Shown in pieces: positions 1 through 29,908 of a stretch of DNA of 64,000 nt (position 1 is the stretch's first letter; each line of letters begins with the position of its first letter). The DNA is from the human T2T-CHM13v2.0 reference genome, Homo sapiens, in NCBI RefSeq assembly GCF_009914755.1, contig NC_060930.1; one strand, 5' to 3'. The position numbers were made by a program, and so were the translations under genes. Under the pieces are notes generated by a model. It saw nothing but the letters and a program-made list of their open reading frames with translations, made no database searches and was not told where the DNA came from.

Positions 1-106
1 CTGGGAGGCGGAGCTTGCAGTGAGCCGAGATCCCACCACTGCACTCCAGTCTGGGTGACAGAGCGAGACTCCGTCTCAAAAAAAAAAAAAAAAATTTCAG
101 TTGTGG

Positions 107-573
<467 letters not shown>

Positions 574-1429
574 TTATAGATAATAAAAAATTCATGGTTA
601 TGGGTTGAATAAAATGTTAAATGCATACATATACATGCTCTAGATAAGTGTATAAATTAAAATTTGTGTATATAGTCAATGTAAAGAAAGATTGGGAAAT
701 AAATTTGGAAATAGCTATTTATACACTTTAAGAATGTCTGATCAAAAATTTTATATTATAAGCACATAGTTCTGGTCCAAGTTAATAAATAAAACTATTC
801 TTATTTGCTTAACCTTAAAATAATCAGAGGCTCCACATATTGATGTAAAGGATCTCCAGTATATATTGTTGAGTGAAAAAAGTAAAGTGCAGAACAGGAT
901 ATATAGCATGCTATGTTTTATATGAGAAAGGGTGGAAGTGGCAAAGAAATAAGAAAGGTCTAATATTATATTTGTAAAAACAAGCACTGCTGGAATAAAC
1001 AAGAAACAATAAAAACGGGAGAGGAGTTGAGGAGGTAAAAACAGAAGCAAGACTCCATGTGCTTTGAGACTGCTCCTTGTATACTTTGAGTCAGGTAATG
1101 CCATTACCTAACCCCAAAATAAAAGAGGCCAGGAGTTCGAGACCAGCCTGGACAAGATAGTGAGACTGCAGTCTCTACCAAAAACAACCAACCAACCAAA
1201 CAACCTCCCACCCCCCACCACCCCCCACACACATCTAGCTGGTTCTGGTGGTGCGCCCCTGTGGCCCCAGCTACTCAGGAGGTGAGAGGATCACTTGAGT
1301 CCAGGAGGTGAAAGCTGCAGTGAGCCATGATTGTGCCACTGCACTCCACCCTGGGCAACAGAGCAAGACCCTGTCTCAAAAAAAAAGAGAGAGAGAGACA
1401 GAGAGAGAGAGACTTTACGTCATTAATAG

Positions 1430-1561
<132 letters not shown>

Positions 1562-1739
1562 TAGCTGGGACTACAGGCATGTGCCACCACACCTAGCTAA
1601 TACTTGTATTTTTAGTAGAGACAGCGTTTCACCATGTTAGCCAGGATGGTCTCAATCTCTTGACCTCATGATCCACCCGCCTCGGCCTCTCAAAGTGCTG
1701 GGATTACAGGCATGAGCCACCTCTCCCAGCCAATAGGAT

Positions 1740-4850
<3,111 letters not shown>

Positions 4851-5690
4851 AACTAATGGTCGATCATATTTGCCTTCTAATGGAATATAACCTAAAATAC
4901 ACATCAATATGGTGACTGTATGACTTCATCCTTTCTAATATCTCGAATCCTAGTTCAGACATCCCTCAGAAATTCTAATCCATTCCTAAAAACACGCTGG
5001 ATAGTGAATTTTCGATAGTGGGAGTCTGTATGTCATTATTTTAAATGGGAAAAAAATGATAATGTATTCCCAGCACATCTAAAAACCCCAACCATTTTCT
5101 ATATATACGTATATATATAAGATTTTTCTGCTTAATATAAAGCCTTTAAAACACCAATAGCATAATTGTTTAACACTAAATTAACTCATTAGTTTATTTG
5201 TGTAGTAACAAGATACAAATTATGTTTTCCTTTAACTGCAACAAATGTGAACAGTGAAATAATGTGTGAAAGACACATAATGAAGGTAAATAACACTTAG
5301 CAATAATAAAATGAAGCAAGTTTTTTGACTTGCTTTTAAAAGCAAGTTGGTTAGTGAAGAGTGAAGTGAGTGAGGTTTAGAGATGAGAAGGGATATGTAG
5401 ATATGGAGGCTGTGGTCCCTGTTGCTGTTAGCGGAAGATAAAAGCGAACAAAATGAGCTGTGGAAGGAGTGAGTGAAACAGTGAATGCCTGGGGTTCATC
5501 CATATTCAGATCCAAGAAGCTGACGGACAGTCTGTTTTTCTTTCTTGGCAATGGAGTCTTCAGAAGTGGATGATTGTTAATTATCTTCTGAAAGTATTGA
5601 CAAAGCATCACAAGAAACTCAAAATGGACAAGTGTCCCATTCCTTTTGCTTGTGTCATGCAGCTTCTGATAACCCTAGACTGTGCCATAA

Positions 5691-6047
<357 letters not shown>

Positions 6048-6139
6048 TGATCATAATCTCTTATAAGCAAACAGCGATCATTCTGTCTTCATGATTAAAA
6101 TTTCCTTTAAAAATTTGTCATCAGTTATTAGTGTCTCCT

Positions 6140-6832
6140 TGTATTAGTTTGCTAGGGCTGTCATAACAAAATGCCCCAGACTGTGGGTCTTAAACAGCAG
6201 AGATTTATTTTCCCACAGTCCTGGAGGCCGGACGTTCAGTATTGAGGTCCCAGCAGGTTTGGCTTCTTCTGAGGTCTCTCTCCTTGGCTTGTTGACTGCC
6301 TTTTCACTGTGTCTTCTCATGGTCTTTCCCCAGTGTGTGCACATCACTGGTGTCTTTTATTCTAGATTTTTTTTTTCTTTTTTGAGATGAAGTCTTACTC
6401 TGTTGCCAGGCTGGAGTGCAGTGGTGTGATCTCGGCTGACTGCAACCTCGGTGTTCAAGCGATTCTCCTGCCTCAGCCTCCTGAGTAGCTGGGAATACAG
6501 GCTCCCGCCACCACGCCCAGCTAATTTTTTGTATTTAGTAGAGATAGGGTTTCTCCATATTGGTCAGGCTGGTCTCGAACTCCCGACCTCAGGTGATCCA
6601 CCCGCCTTGGCCTCCCAAAGTGCTGGGATTACAGGCGTGAACCACTGCACCCAGCTTATTCTTTCTTATAAGGACTCCGGTTCTATTGCATTAGGGTCTG
6701 TCTCATCCTTATGTCCTCATTTAACCTGAGTCACCTTTTTAAAGGTTGTACCTCTAAAATCAGTCACATTGAGGGTGAGGGCTTCAATATAAAAATTTGA
6801 GAGGGTCGAGGGACACAGTTCCATCCATAACT
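6140..6832 (-). mobile_element. MLT1 (MaLR) solo LTR, MLT1B-like, split by an Alu
   Basis: Begins TGTATTAGTTTGCTAGGGCTGTCATAACAAAAT, continues with typical MLT1 body, and ends near GGGACACAGTTCCATCCATAAC. An Alu occupies ~6367-6655. Confidence 0.8.
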
Positions 6833-7458
6833 CTCCTCTTCCTCCAGCTTAGCTCCTTCCAGCATTATTCCTTCTAAATCAATGCATTTTTTGAAAGGAA
6901 CACAGTAAGCTAGAAGGTGGTGATGATTGCACAGCTTTCCAGATCCACAATTATTTTAATAATTTGTCTTTATTTTCTCACACGCAGAAAATAAGGTATG
7001 CACAGGAGATGGAACATGTGCATGGCCAAGTATATATCTTTTTATGCCTTCACCTCCTAATATAATTTATCTTTTCCAATATACATGATTCTTTAGTGTT
7101 TTCAGTTCACCTGCTTTCCTCACAGTGTTCACTTCAGTTGTTTCATTTTGTAATGTGGCGAACTGACACAGAAAATGCATAACATTAGTCTGTCTATCTT
7201 TTCACCCATACCACACTGTCTTAAATATTATAGCTTTATGATATCTATTAGTGTAGGACCTCCAAATTTGTTCTTTTACTTCAAGATTGTGTTTGCCATT
7301 CCTTGCTCTTTGTAATTCCATATACATTTTTGAATCAATTCCATTTGTTTGTTTATATTTATTTTTAGAGATTTCAGAAGTGATATCTTTATAATATTGC
7401 ATTTTCCCATTCATGTGGTATAGCCTTTCATTTATTTAAGTCCTTACTATTTTTTAAC

Positions 7459-7504
<46 letters not shown>

Positions 7505-7505
7505 T
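7459..7505. repeat. (ATT)n microsatellite derived from an Alu tail
   Basis: About 15 perfect ATT units abutting a minus-strand Alu. Confidence 0.95.
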
Positions 7506-7669
7506 TGAGACAGAGTCTCTTTCTGTCGCCCAGGCTGGAGTGCAGTGGTGCGATCTTGGCTCACTGCAACTTTCGCCTCCTGAGTTCAAGTGATTCTCCT
7601 GCCTCAGCCTCCTGAGTAGCTGGGATTACAGGCACGTGCCACCATGCGTGGCTAATAGCAATTATTTTT

Positions 7670-8835
<1,166 letters not shown>

Positions 8836-8974
8836 TTAATAATTAGTTTGTGGCCAGGCACAGTGGCTCACACCTGTAATCTCAACACTTTGGGAGGCTG
8901 AGGCAGGAGGATCACTTGAGGCCAGGAGTTCAAGACCACTCCAGACAACATAGATAGACTCTGTCTCTACATAA

Positions 8975-9216
<242 letters not shown>

Positions 9217-9307
9217 TGAACTCCTGGCCTCAAGAGATCCACCCGCCTTGGCCTCCCAAAGTGCTGGGATTATAGGTGTGAGCACCTGGCCTTCCACAAA
9301 ACATTTA

Positions 9308-9460
<153 letters not shown>

Positions 9461-9484
9461 TTAAAAAAAGAAGAAAAAAACAGT

Positions 9485-10870
<1,386 letters not shown>

Positions 10871-11304
10871 GTTCCTTTCCTTTTGCCCCAAGGAACTCCC
10901 AATAACTTTTTTTATAGGTCCAGACTAATGGTAATAAACTCTCAGCTTTTGTTTATCTGGGAGTGTCTTAATTTCTTCTAAATTCTTGAAGGATAGTTTG
11001 ACTGGAATAGAATTCTTGGTAGACAGCTTTTTTTCTTTTAGTTCTTTAAATATGTCATTCCACTGCCTTCTGGCCTTAATCGTTTCTAATGAGAAACTGG
11101 CTGTTATACTTATTGATTATCCCTTGCACATTATGATTCACTTCTCTCTGCTTTCAAGTTTGTCTCTTTATATTTGGCTTTCAACAGTTTGATGATCTGT
11201 CTCAATGTGGATCTCTTTGAGTTTAGGAGTTTGTTGAGCTTCTTGGATGTGTAGATTCATGTCTTTTATCAAATTTTGGGGCATTAATTCTTCAAATATT
11301 CTTT

Positions 11305-12420
<1,116 letters not shown>

Positions 12421-12433
12421 TCAAATATTCTTT

Positions 12434-14092
12434 TTTTTTTTTTTTATTGATCATTCTTGGGTGTTTCTCGCAGAGGGGGATTTGGCAGGGTCATAGGACA
12501 ATAGTGGAGGGAAGGTCAGCAGATAAACAAGTGAACAAAGGTCTCTGGTTTTCCTAGGCAGAGGACCCTGTGTTCTTCCGCAGTGTTTGTGTCCCTGGTT
12601 ACTTGGGTTCAGGGAGTGGTGATGACTCTTATCGAACATGCTGCCTTCAAGCATCTGTTTAACAAAGCACATCTTGCACCGCCCTTAATCCATTTAACCC
12701 TGAGTGGACACAGCACATGTTTCAGAGAGCACAGGGTTGGGGGTAAGGTCATAGATCAACAGGATCCCAAGGCAGAAGAATTTTTCTTAGTACAGAACAA
12801 AATGAAAAGTCTCCCATGTCTACTTCTTTCTACACAGACACAGCAACCATCTGATTTCTCAATCTTTTCCCCACCTTTCCCCCTTTTCTATCCCACAAAA
12901 CCGCCATTGTCATCATGGCCCGTTCTCAATGAGCTGTTGGGTACACCTCCCAGATGGGGTGGTGGCCGGGCAGAGGGGCTCCTCACTTCTCAGTAGGGGC
13001 GGCCAGGCAGAGGCACCCCTCACCTCCCGGAGGGGGCGGCTGGCCGGGTGGGGGGCCGGCCCCCGCCCCCGGACGGGGCGGCTGGCTGGGCGGGGGGCTG
13101 ACCCCCCCACCTCCCTCCCAGACGGGGCGGCTGCCGGGCGGAGACGCTCCTCACTTCCCAGACGGGGTGGCTGCCAGGTGGAGGGTCTCCTCACTTCTCA
13201 GACGGGGCGGCAGGGCAGAGACACTCCTCACCTCCCAGACGGGGTCGCGGCCGGGCAGAGGTGCTCCTCACATCCCAGAAGGGGTGGCGGGCAGGGGCAG
13301 AGGCGCTCCCCACATCTCAGATGATGGGTGGCCGGGCAGAGACGCTCCTCACTTCCTTGATGGGATGGCAGCCGGGAAGAGGCGCTCCTCACTTCCTAGA
13401 TGGGATGGCGGCCGGGCAGAGACACTCCTCACTTTCCAGACTGGGCAGCCAGGCAGAGGGGCTCCTCACATCCCAGACGATGGGCGGCCAGGCAGAGACG
13501 CTCCTCACTTCCCAGACGGGGTGGCGGCCAGGCAGAGGCTGCAATCTTGGCACTTTGGGGGGCCAAGGCAGGCGGCTGGGAGGTGGAGGTTGTAGCGAGC
13601 CGAGATCACACCACTGCACTCCAGCCTGGGCACCATTGAGCACTGAGTGAAGGAGACTCCGTCTGCAATCCCGGCACCTCGGGGGGCCGAGGCTGGCGGA
13701 TCACTCGCGGTTAGGAGCTGGAGACCTGCCTGGCCAACACAGCGAAACCCCGTCTCCACCAAAAAAATACGAAAACCAGTCAGGCGTGGCGGCGCGCTCC
13801 TGCAATCGCAGGCACTCGGCAGGCTGAGGCAGGAGAATCAGGCAGGGAGGTTGCAGTGAGCCGAGATGGCAGCAGCACAGTCCAGCTTCGGCTCGGCATC
13901 AGAGGGAGACCGTGGAAAGAGAGGGAGAGGGAGACCGTGGAAAGAGAGGGAGAGGGAGACCGTGGAAAGACAGGGAGAGGGAGACCGTGGAAAGACAGGG
14001 AGAGGGAGACCGTGGAAAGACAGGGAGAGGGAGACCGTGGAAAGACAGGGAGAGGGAGACCGTGGAAAGACAGGGAGAGGGAGAGGGAGAGC
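12434..14092 (-). mobile_element. Full-length SVA retrotransposon (short VNTR)
   Basis: On the + strand: poly-T, SINE-R (~12446-12940), GC-rich VNTR (~12945-13530), Alu-like domain (~13530-13900), purine-rich head. TSD TCTTCAAATATTCTTT at 12418-12433 and 14093-14108. Confidence 0.97.
13901..14075. repeat. 25-bp tandem repeat x7 in the SVA head
   Basis: Unit AGAGGGAGACCGTGGAAAGA(G/C)AGGG; two G-variant copies followed by five C-variant copies. Confidence 0.95.
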
Positions 14093-14585
14093 TCTTCAAA
14101 TATTCTTTATGCCTCTTTCTATCTCTTCTGTTTCTTACATTCTCATTATGCCTAGATTGACATGTTTAATGGTGCCTCACAAGTCTCCTAGGCTCTGTTC
14201 ATTTCTTTCTTTCTTTCTGTCTTTCTTTCTACCTTCCTTCCTTCCTTTCCTTCCTTCCTTCTCTCTTTCTCCCTTTCTATCTTTTTGGAGAAAGGGTCTC
14301 ACTCTGTCACCCAGGCTACAGTACAGTGGCATGATCATGGCTCACTGCAGCAGGAGGCTCAAGTAATCCTCCTGCATCAGCCTCTCATCTCTACAAAAAA
14401 TATAAAAATTAGCTGGGTGTGGTGTCATGCACCTGTAGTCCCAGCTACTCTGGAGACTGAGGTGGAGGATTGCTTGAGCTGGAGAGGCAGAGGTTGCAGT
14501 GAGCTGAGATCACATCACTGCACTCCAGCCTGGGCAACAGAGTGAGACCCTATCTAGAAAAAAAATTAAATAAAAAGAAAACTAG

Positions 14586-14738
<153 letters not shown>

Positions 14739-14835
14739 TAGCTGGGATTACAGGTGCCTGCCACCATGCCTGGCTAATTTTTATATTTTTATTTTTTGTA
14801 TTTTGTATTTTTTAAATTATTATTATTATTATTAG

Positions 14836-14994
<159 letters not shown>

Positions 14995-16240
14995 TAGTAG
15001 AGACAGGGTTTCACCGTGTTGCCCAGGCTGGTCTCTAACTCCTGACCTCTGGTGATCCACCTGCCTTGGCCTCCCAAAGTGCTGGGATTACAGGTGTGAA
15101 CCACTGTGCCTGGCCGACACCTTTAATATTATGATATGACTAAAAAGGAAGGAAAGGGGGCCAGGTGTGGTGGCTCACACCTGTAATCTCAGCACTTTGG
15201 GAGGCCAAGGCGGGCAGACCACCTGATGTCAGGAGTTCGAGACCAGCCTGGACAACATGGTGAAACCCTGCCTCTACTAAAAATTAAAAAATTACCTGGG
15301 CATGGTGGTGGGTGCCTGTAACCCCAGCTACTTGGAAGGCTGAGGCAGGAGAATCGCTTGAACCCGGGAGGTAGAGAAAGAAAGAAAGAAAGAGAGGGAA
15401 AAAGAAAGAGAGAGAGAGAAAGAAAGAAGAGAGAGAGAAAGAAAGAAGGAAGGAAAGAAAGGCAGGCAAAGCAAAATTACTCTCTAGGTGTTTGCAGATT
15501 GGCTCTGTGTTGGGAGAACTTTTTCAATGCCTAACCTGGCCATTTACAACTCTTTCTTAGCCTTCACTTTCTGTTTCTTCTGAGCCTAAAGACCATTTGG
15601 AGGTGAATGCTTGTGCTCTTCTCAGGTCTTTTCTGGGCATGCATCCTGCCTTGGGCATGTGTGTGGATTTCTAGGTTCCCCAGTATACAGAGGAGATTTT
15701 CCAGACCTCCTATTTCCCCAAAATCTCACTCTCCAGCTTTTCCCCCCAGGCTTTCTTCATGTCTTCTTTGCCCCAATGTTACGTTTTGCCCTGGGTGGCA
15801 GCAGCTAGTTCATTTATCTTTCAGTTTTCAAAGAATGCCCTCTGCACAGCTGCTCCACCCTGATAGATTTCTGAGTTAGGCAAAACAAAGAGAAGCCTCT
15901 TATATCAATCCTTCAGGGAAACCCATCAGGTGAAAACAGATAAACACAACTTCTTGGGAACAAAGTCCACTCTGTTCCCTCTGGAACCAGTTATCAGGAA
16001 CGCCAGCCGCCATCTTCCATGCCAAGGAGGGGTGTGGGGAAAGGCTCGTTTAAAACATCTCGAGGGGCCGGGCACAGTGGCTCACGCCTGTAATCCCAGC
16101 ATTCTGGGAAGCCGAGGTGGGAGGATCACGAGGTTAGGAGATCGAGACCATCCTGGCTAACATGGTGAAACCCCATCTCTACTAAAAATACAAAAAGTTA
16201 GCCAGGCGTGGTGGCACGCACCTGTAGGCCACGCTACTCA

Positions 16241-16480
<240 letters not shown>

Positions 16481-17020
16481 TTAGAGTTTGATAAGGTTGA
16501 TTCTGACAATTCTTGATAGTTTTTTTGGGTGTCTCTGGGGAGGGGTGGCCTCCAGAGGTTCCCCCTCCACCATTTTTACTAGTGTCACTGTTAGTGAAGT
16601 TTTGTAAAGATCTTGCATGTCTTTTGTTAGATATCGTTCTGGGTTAGATACTGTGTTAGATATTTTTCTTGGTATTTGATGCAATTGTAATTATTATTTT
16701 TTTCTTTTTAAGAGACAGTGTCTTGTTCTGTCACCCAGGCTGGAATGAAAAAGTGCGATCATAGCTCGCTACAGCCCAAACTCCTGGGCTCAAGTGATCC
16801 TCCTGCCTCAGCCTTCTGAGTAGCTGGGACCACAGGTACGTGCCATCATGCCTGACTAATTTTATTAATTTTTTGTAGAGATGAGATCTCACTATGTTGC
16901 TCAGGCTGGTCTTGAACTCCTGGCTTCAAGCAAACCTCCTGCTTCAGCCTCCAAAGCACTGGCATTATAAGCATCAGCCACTGTGCCTGGATTGTATTTT
17001 TTAAAAAATCTCATTTTCTA

Positions 17021-17350
<330 letters not shown>

Positions 17351-17760
17351 TCAAAAAAAAAAATTAAAAATTAAAAAATTGTTTTAAAGATTATGCTAAA
17401 ATTACTTCTTAATTTTAACAGTTTTTGTGAACTCTTTTGGATTTTCTATGTCGTCTATGAATGATGTCAGTTTTATTTTTTCCTTTCTAATCTGTATATC
17501 TTATACCTTACTAGGTTGCTGTTAAGTGCCATTGATATGCTGAATGAAGAAAATGACAGATTGAAGCTAACCAGCCACAAACTCAGGAAAGATGTGACAG
17601 CCAGAATGCCACTACGACAGGATTTTTTTTTTTAGATGGGCTCTCACTATGTTGTCCAGGCTGGTGTTTAATTCCTGGGCTCAAGTGATCCTCCTGCCTC
17701 AGCCTCTGAAGCAGCTGGGACTACAGGTATGAGTCACTGCACCTGGCCCTATCAAAGCAC

Positions 17761-22589
<4,829 letters not shown>

Positions 22590-22700
22590 TTAGCTCTTTG
22601 TCTACTATATCTTTTTCCATCCATTTATTTTCAAGTTTTCTGAAAATAGCTTCTTTGTTTTAAATGTGATCTAGTAAATAGCACATAGCTTGTTATTTAA

Positions 22701-23371
<671 letters not shown>

Positions 23372-24449
23372 TGATCTGCCCGCCTCGGCCTCCCAAAGTG
23401 CTGGGATTACAGGCATGAGCCACTGCGCCTGACCTATCTTTAATATTTTAATATGCACACTTGACCAAGTGTAAAGTTGATCAACTTCAGTGCCTTCTTT
23501 CAGAAGAGTAAAGGGCCTCTGAACGCTACCACGCTGACCACCTCCCTTCCATCTGGTGTCCAGCGTTATCGCTGTATCTTATTTTTTATGCCCCAGATTG
23601 ATGATATTATTATTCTTGCTTTGTACAGTCAGCTCCTCTTTAAACGTACTCAAGTTCTTACTGATTTATTCGTAGACTCCTCTCTCCTGCATCTTAACGT
23701 TCAGCTTTCTTCATCTTGAAATACATCTCTTAGAAATCCTTCACTGAGGCTGTGTAGGTGATAAACTGTTTTCTTTGAATAAAAATGACTCGACTTCACC
23801 TTCATTTAAAACATTTTTTAACTTGCTTTATATTTTAAAAATCCAGAATTTTAGATGACTTGATATTCCAACCTTAAGTATAATTTGTCTATATTAAAAA
23901 AGAACTTTTTCTTAGTCAAATAAACATAAACACATCTAACAAAATAAACAATTTCTTAGTATCATCTAATATCCATTCCATATTCAAAGATTCCCAATTA
24001 TCCCAATAGTGTTTGCTTTTTCAGTTCAGATCCAATCCAGAACCACATACTGTCAGTTTATTTAGTATGCCTGTTAGTCTCTTTTAGTCTTGGACAGCCC
24101 TTTTTTCATAGTGCTCACTGGCTGAAGAGACAGGGTAGGCTGTTCTACAGAGTTTCCCACCTCCGGGGTCCGACTGCTTCCTGTGATAGTGGTTAGCACA
24201 TTCCTCTTTCCTCTATATTTCCTATAAATTGTAAATTAGATCCAAAGTTTTCATTGGATTCATATCAAACATTATTGGCTGATCACATCATAGGTGGTGC
24301 AATATTCACATCAGAATAGTTCTTCTTGAGACAGAGTCTGGCTCTGTCGCCCAGGCTAGAGTGCAGCGGCGCCATCTTGGCTCACTGCAACCTCTGACTC
24401 CCGGGCTCAAGAGATCCTCCCAACTCAGCCTCCCTAGTAGCTGGGACTA

Positions 24450-24728
<279 letters not shown>

Positions 24729-25008
24729 TCATTGGGACCACTTGGAAGATGCCTCTGTATATGCAGGAGAATTTTTCTAAGCTATAAACTTAAAGAGCAG
24801 AATTACTGAGTAGAAGGAGATTACATCTTCAACTTTACCACTTAGTCTCAAATTGCTCTCTAATTAGCCCATTTACACCTCCTCCAGTAGCATGTAAGGC
24901 ATTTCTTTTCCCCAACACTTGGTATTTTCAGATTTTTTTACTTTAGCCAATATAATTATGTGAAACAATATCTCATTATGGTTTTAAAAAAATTATTTCA
25001 CACGTGAT

Positions 25009-26179
25009 TGATGGCAGTGGCTGCTGCCATCATGCCGGCTGCAGCGAGGAGGTCTGGCTGGGGCTGCCCACTCCATGAAGCCAGTGGGTGCCCTGCCCCT
25101 TCTGACCTGGGGCGCGAGCTTCCCTGGTGCCACTGCAGCCACCGAAACCCTGGCTGTGGACCTCGGCCTCCTGCTCTACGGAGCCCAAACTGTGGCTGTG
25201 GATCCCAGCCTCTCTGTGCTCTTGGAGGGGGCAAGAGCAGGCAGGATCAGCCCTTCGGGTTGCAGCTGCAGCCTCCTGACCCCCAGCTGCAGACCTGGGC
25301 CTCCTGCTCCATGGAACAGGCAGGAGCTGGGGACAATCAGGAAACCTGCCCCTTCCAAATTGGCAGGGTGGGAGCTCCCTGGTTGCAGCTGCAGCTGCCC
25401 TCCCAGGCGCAGGACCTGGGCATCTCTGCAGCCCGCCCCACCCCACTCAGCCTTCCCACTGCCTGGCCTCTCTCCTCTCCCCGGCAGCTCCAGTGGGAAC
25501 CGGGTTGGGGCCAGTCCTAGGGCTTTGAATGGCAGTGGGAGGCACAGCCCTGGGTGGAAGGGGGTCCTCAGTAAGGCCCCACTTTCAGGCCAGGGAGGGC
25601 CTGAAGGCTGGGGGCCAGTCATTCAGTTCTGCCTACCAGAGTGAGCACTTGTGGTGCCTCCTCCAGGACCACCCATGGCTGCCCATGACCCACTGGCAGG
25701 CACTTTCTCCCCTCTCATTCCATAAAAGCCCTAGACTCAGCCAGAGCAGGGCAGAGGGCAGAGGACAGAGAGACGACAGGATGACCAGCTGCAGAGAGGA
25801 GCTACCCTCTCTGCTGAGACCTTCAGAGGCCTGTGGAGATGTCTGAATGACCTGTCTATGGACAGGAGCCACTCTGTCTAGGGCCTCCTCTCTGCTGAGG
25901 GCAGCAGATGACCATGGGCAGAGAGGAGCTACCCACTCCAGGGCCTTCTCTGCTGAGAGCTGAACACTCGACAGAACAACCTGTCTACAGAGAGGAGCTA
26001 CCCACTGTGGGTCTCCTCTGACCTGTTCTAACACTAAATAAAGGTCCTCTTCATCTTCTTCACCCTTTGCTTCTCTGTGTACCTGGACACAGGACAAGAA
26101 CATGGGCAAAGTCTCCAAAGACACCACCAGCCACAAAGGTTTCCGGGAAGAAAATCGACACCCCAAAGATGCTGTAACA
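25009..26179 (+). mobile_element. MER52-type ERV1 solo LTR
   Basis: Starts TGATGGCAGTGGCTGCTGCCATCATGCCGGCTGCAGC; has internal AGAGAGGAGCTACCC repeats and AATAAA; ends GACACCCCAAAGATGCTGTAACA. Confidence 0.85.
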
Positions 26180-26379
26180 TTGTGACGTTTCACCTAATAT
26201 TCTTGAGTGTTTGTCTTATGAAATTAAAGACATCTACTTAACCACAATATTATATCACTAAAAATAACAGTAATTCCTTAAACTATCTAATATAGTCTAT
26301 ATTCACATTCCTCCAGCTGTCCAAAAAGTTTGTAAGGATTTGGGTAAATCTAAACCAGAGTTGACTGTATACTGGTTAT

Positions 26380-27890
<1,511 letters not shown>

Positions 27891-29312
27891 GACTATTATA
27901 TAGATTAGATTAATTAATTCATATGAAAATGTTAGGTTCGGGGGAAATGAAGTCACACTGGAAAGAATTTACAGGCACGGTGGCTCATGCCTGTAATCCC
28001 AGCCACTCAGGAGGCTGAATAGTAGGAGGATTACTCGAGGCCAGGAGTTCGAGACAAACCCGGGCAACAAGCAAGACCCCATCTCTACAAAAATGAGAAA
28101 TAAAAAATTAGCCTGGTGTAGTGGCACATGTCTGTAGTCCCAGCTACTCAGGAGGCTGAAGTGGGAGGAACGCTTGAGCCCAGGAGGTCAAAGCTGCAGT
28201 GAGCTGTGATGGCGCCACTGCACTCCAGCCTGGGCAACAGAGTGAGATCCTGTCTCTACAAAAAAAAAAAAACAAAAAAATTGTCTCTCATATGCCAGGC
28301 ACTTTACTCATATTATCTTTTACCTTCATAACAACTGCAAGGGGAGTGATAGTCCCATTTCACAGAGCAGAAACTGCAAAAGGGTCATTAATTTATAGCT
28401 AATGGAGAAACCCCAGTTAAAACCCAGGTCTGAGTGATTGTAAAGTTCATACTCTTTCAAATGCATCCCATCGTATCTCAGAACTATTATGGGAAAAAAC
28501 ACCATCATTTGGATCTCATAAGTATTTTTTCTCAGTTTTAATTTTAAAGCAGGCCAATTACCCCCATGTATCATAAAATGTGTTAAATAATTAATGGAAA
28601 GGGGAAAATAATACATAAAACTATATAAATTGCCTTTAAAGTAGAGAAAGTTTAGTTCTCCATTTTCTTTTATTTTTCCAATTTGGGATTTTGTTTATGT
28701 ACAAAAAAGGCAATTAACAAGCAGCTTACTTATGAGAAACCCCTAGGGCTTCCAGAATCCAATAAAAATGTATCTGAGCTTTGCATTCCAAATACAACAA
28801 AGCAAATCAGTGTAATTTTAATCCTTTAATAAGGAGTTTGCAAATGTAGCCTCAACATAAACAATTTTACAGCAACAAACCAAGAAATACGAAAGCTGAT
28901 GGGTGGCAATACATTTCAGTAGTCAATCCTCTGTTATCCAGGCCCAGACAGGCTGCCAGATGTGCCCAGCCTGAATGTCAGGTTCTAGGCAGCCCCCACC
29001 TCCACCCATAGAACTTTCCCAAGGATCATCTTCCAGGGACCAGCCAGGGATGTTCAGGAATTGCAAACTGTTTTAAATATTATCAGCACAAATTGCATCT
29101 GGTATATGGAGTTAGGGGATCTGATTTTAATAAGATAGATTCAATTTACTGTTTTAAACATATGTTATGAATGTGTTTAAAGTACTGCTTTGGGTCTCTT
29201 AATCAACTTTCCACAAAATAGTGAGTGTTTGTTCATTATTCGATATAAATTTAACATATGGTCTTCACATCTCAGATTTGGCTTTAGGCTACATTTTATT
29301 ATATGAACTTAA

Positions 29313-29450
<138 letters not shown>

Positions 29451-29908
29451 TAATTTTTTTATTTTTATTTTTTGTAGAGACAGGGTCTCATGATGTTGTC
29501 CAGGCTGGTCTCAAACTCCTGGCCTCAAGTGATACTCCCACCTCAGCTTCCCAAACTGCTGAGATTAAAGGCATAAGCCACCATGTAGTATGTAACAGAC
29601 AGTTGTAATATTTGATTTTATTTTTTGAGATGGAGTCTCACTCTGTCATCCAGGCTGGAATGCAGTGGCATAATCTCAGCTTACTGCAAACCTTTCCCTC
29701 CCAGATTCAAGTTATTCTCCTGCCTCAGCCTCCCAGGTAGCTGGGATTACAGGCATGCACCACCACACCTGGCTATTTGTGTGTGTGTGTGTGTGTGTGT
29801 GTGTCTGTGTGTATTTTTAGTAGAGAAGAGGTTTCACAATGCTGGACAGGCTGGTCTTGAGCTCCTGACCTCAGGTGATCCACCTGCCTTGGCTTCCCAA
29901 AGTGCTGG

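Noticed and set aside
13901-14075. CRISPR-like array
   Set aside because: Head-to-tail repeats without unique spacers, inside an SVA in primate DNA.
12913-14366. Overlapping G/R/P-rich and E/R-repeat ORFs
   Set aside because: Stop-poor frames from the SVA VNTR and the 25-bp head repeat.
24998-26193. Cluster of 100-190 aa ORFs
   Set aside because: GC-rich MER52 LTR, with no domain similarity.
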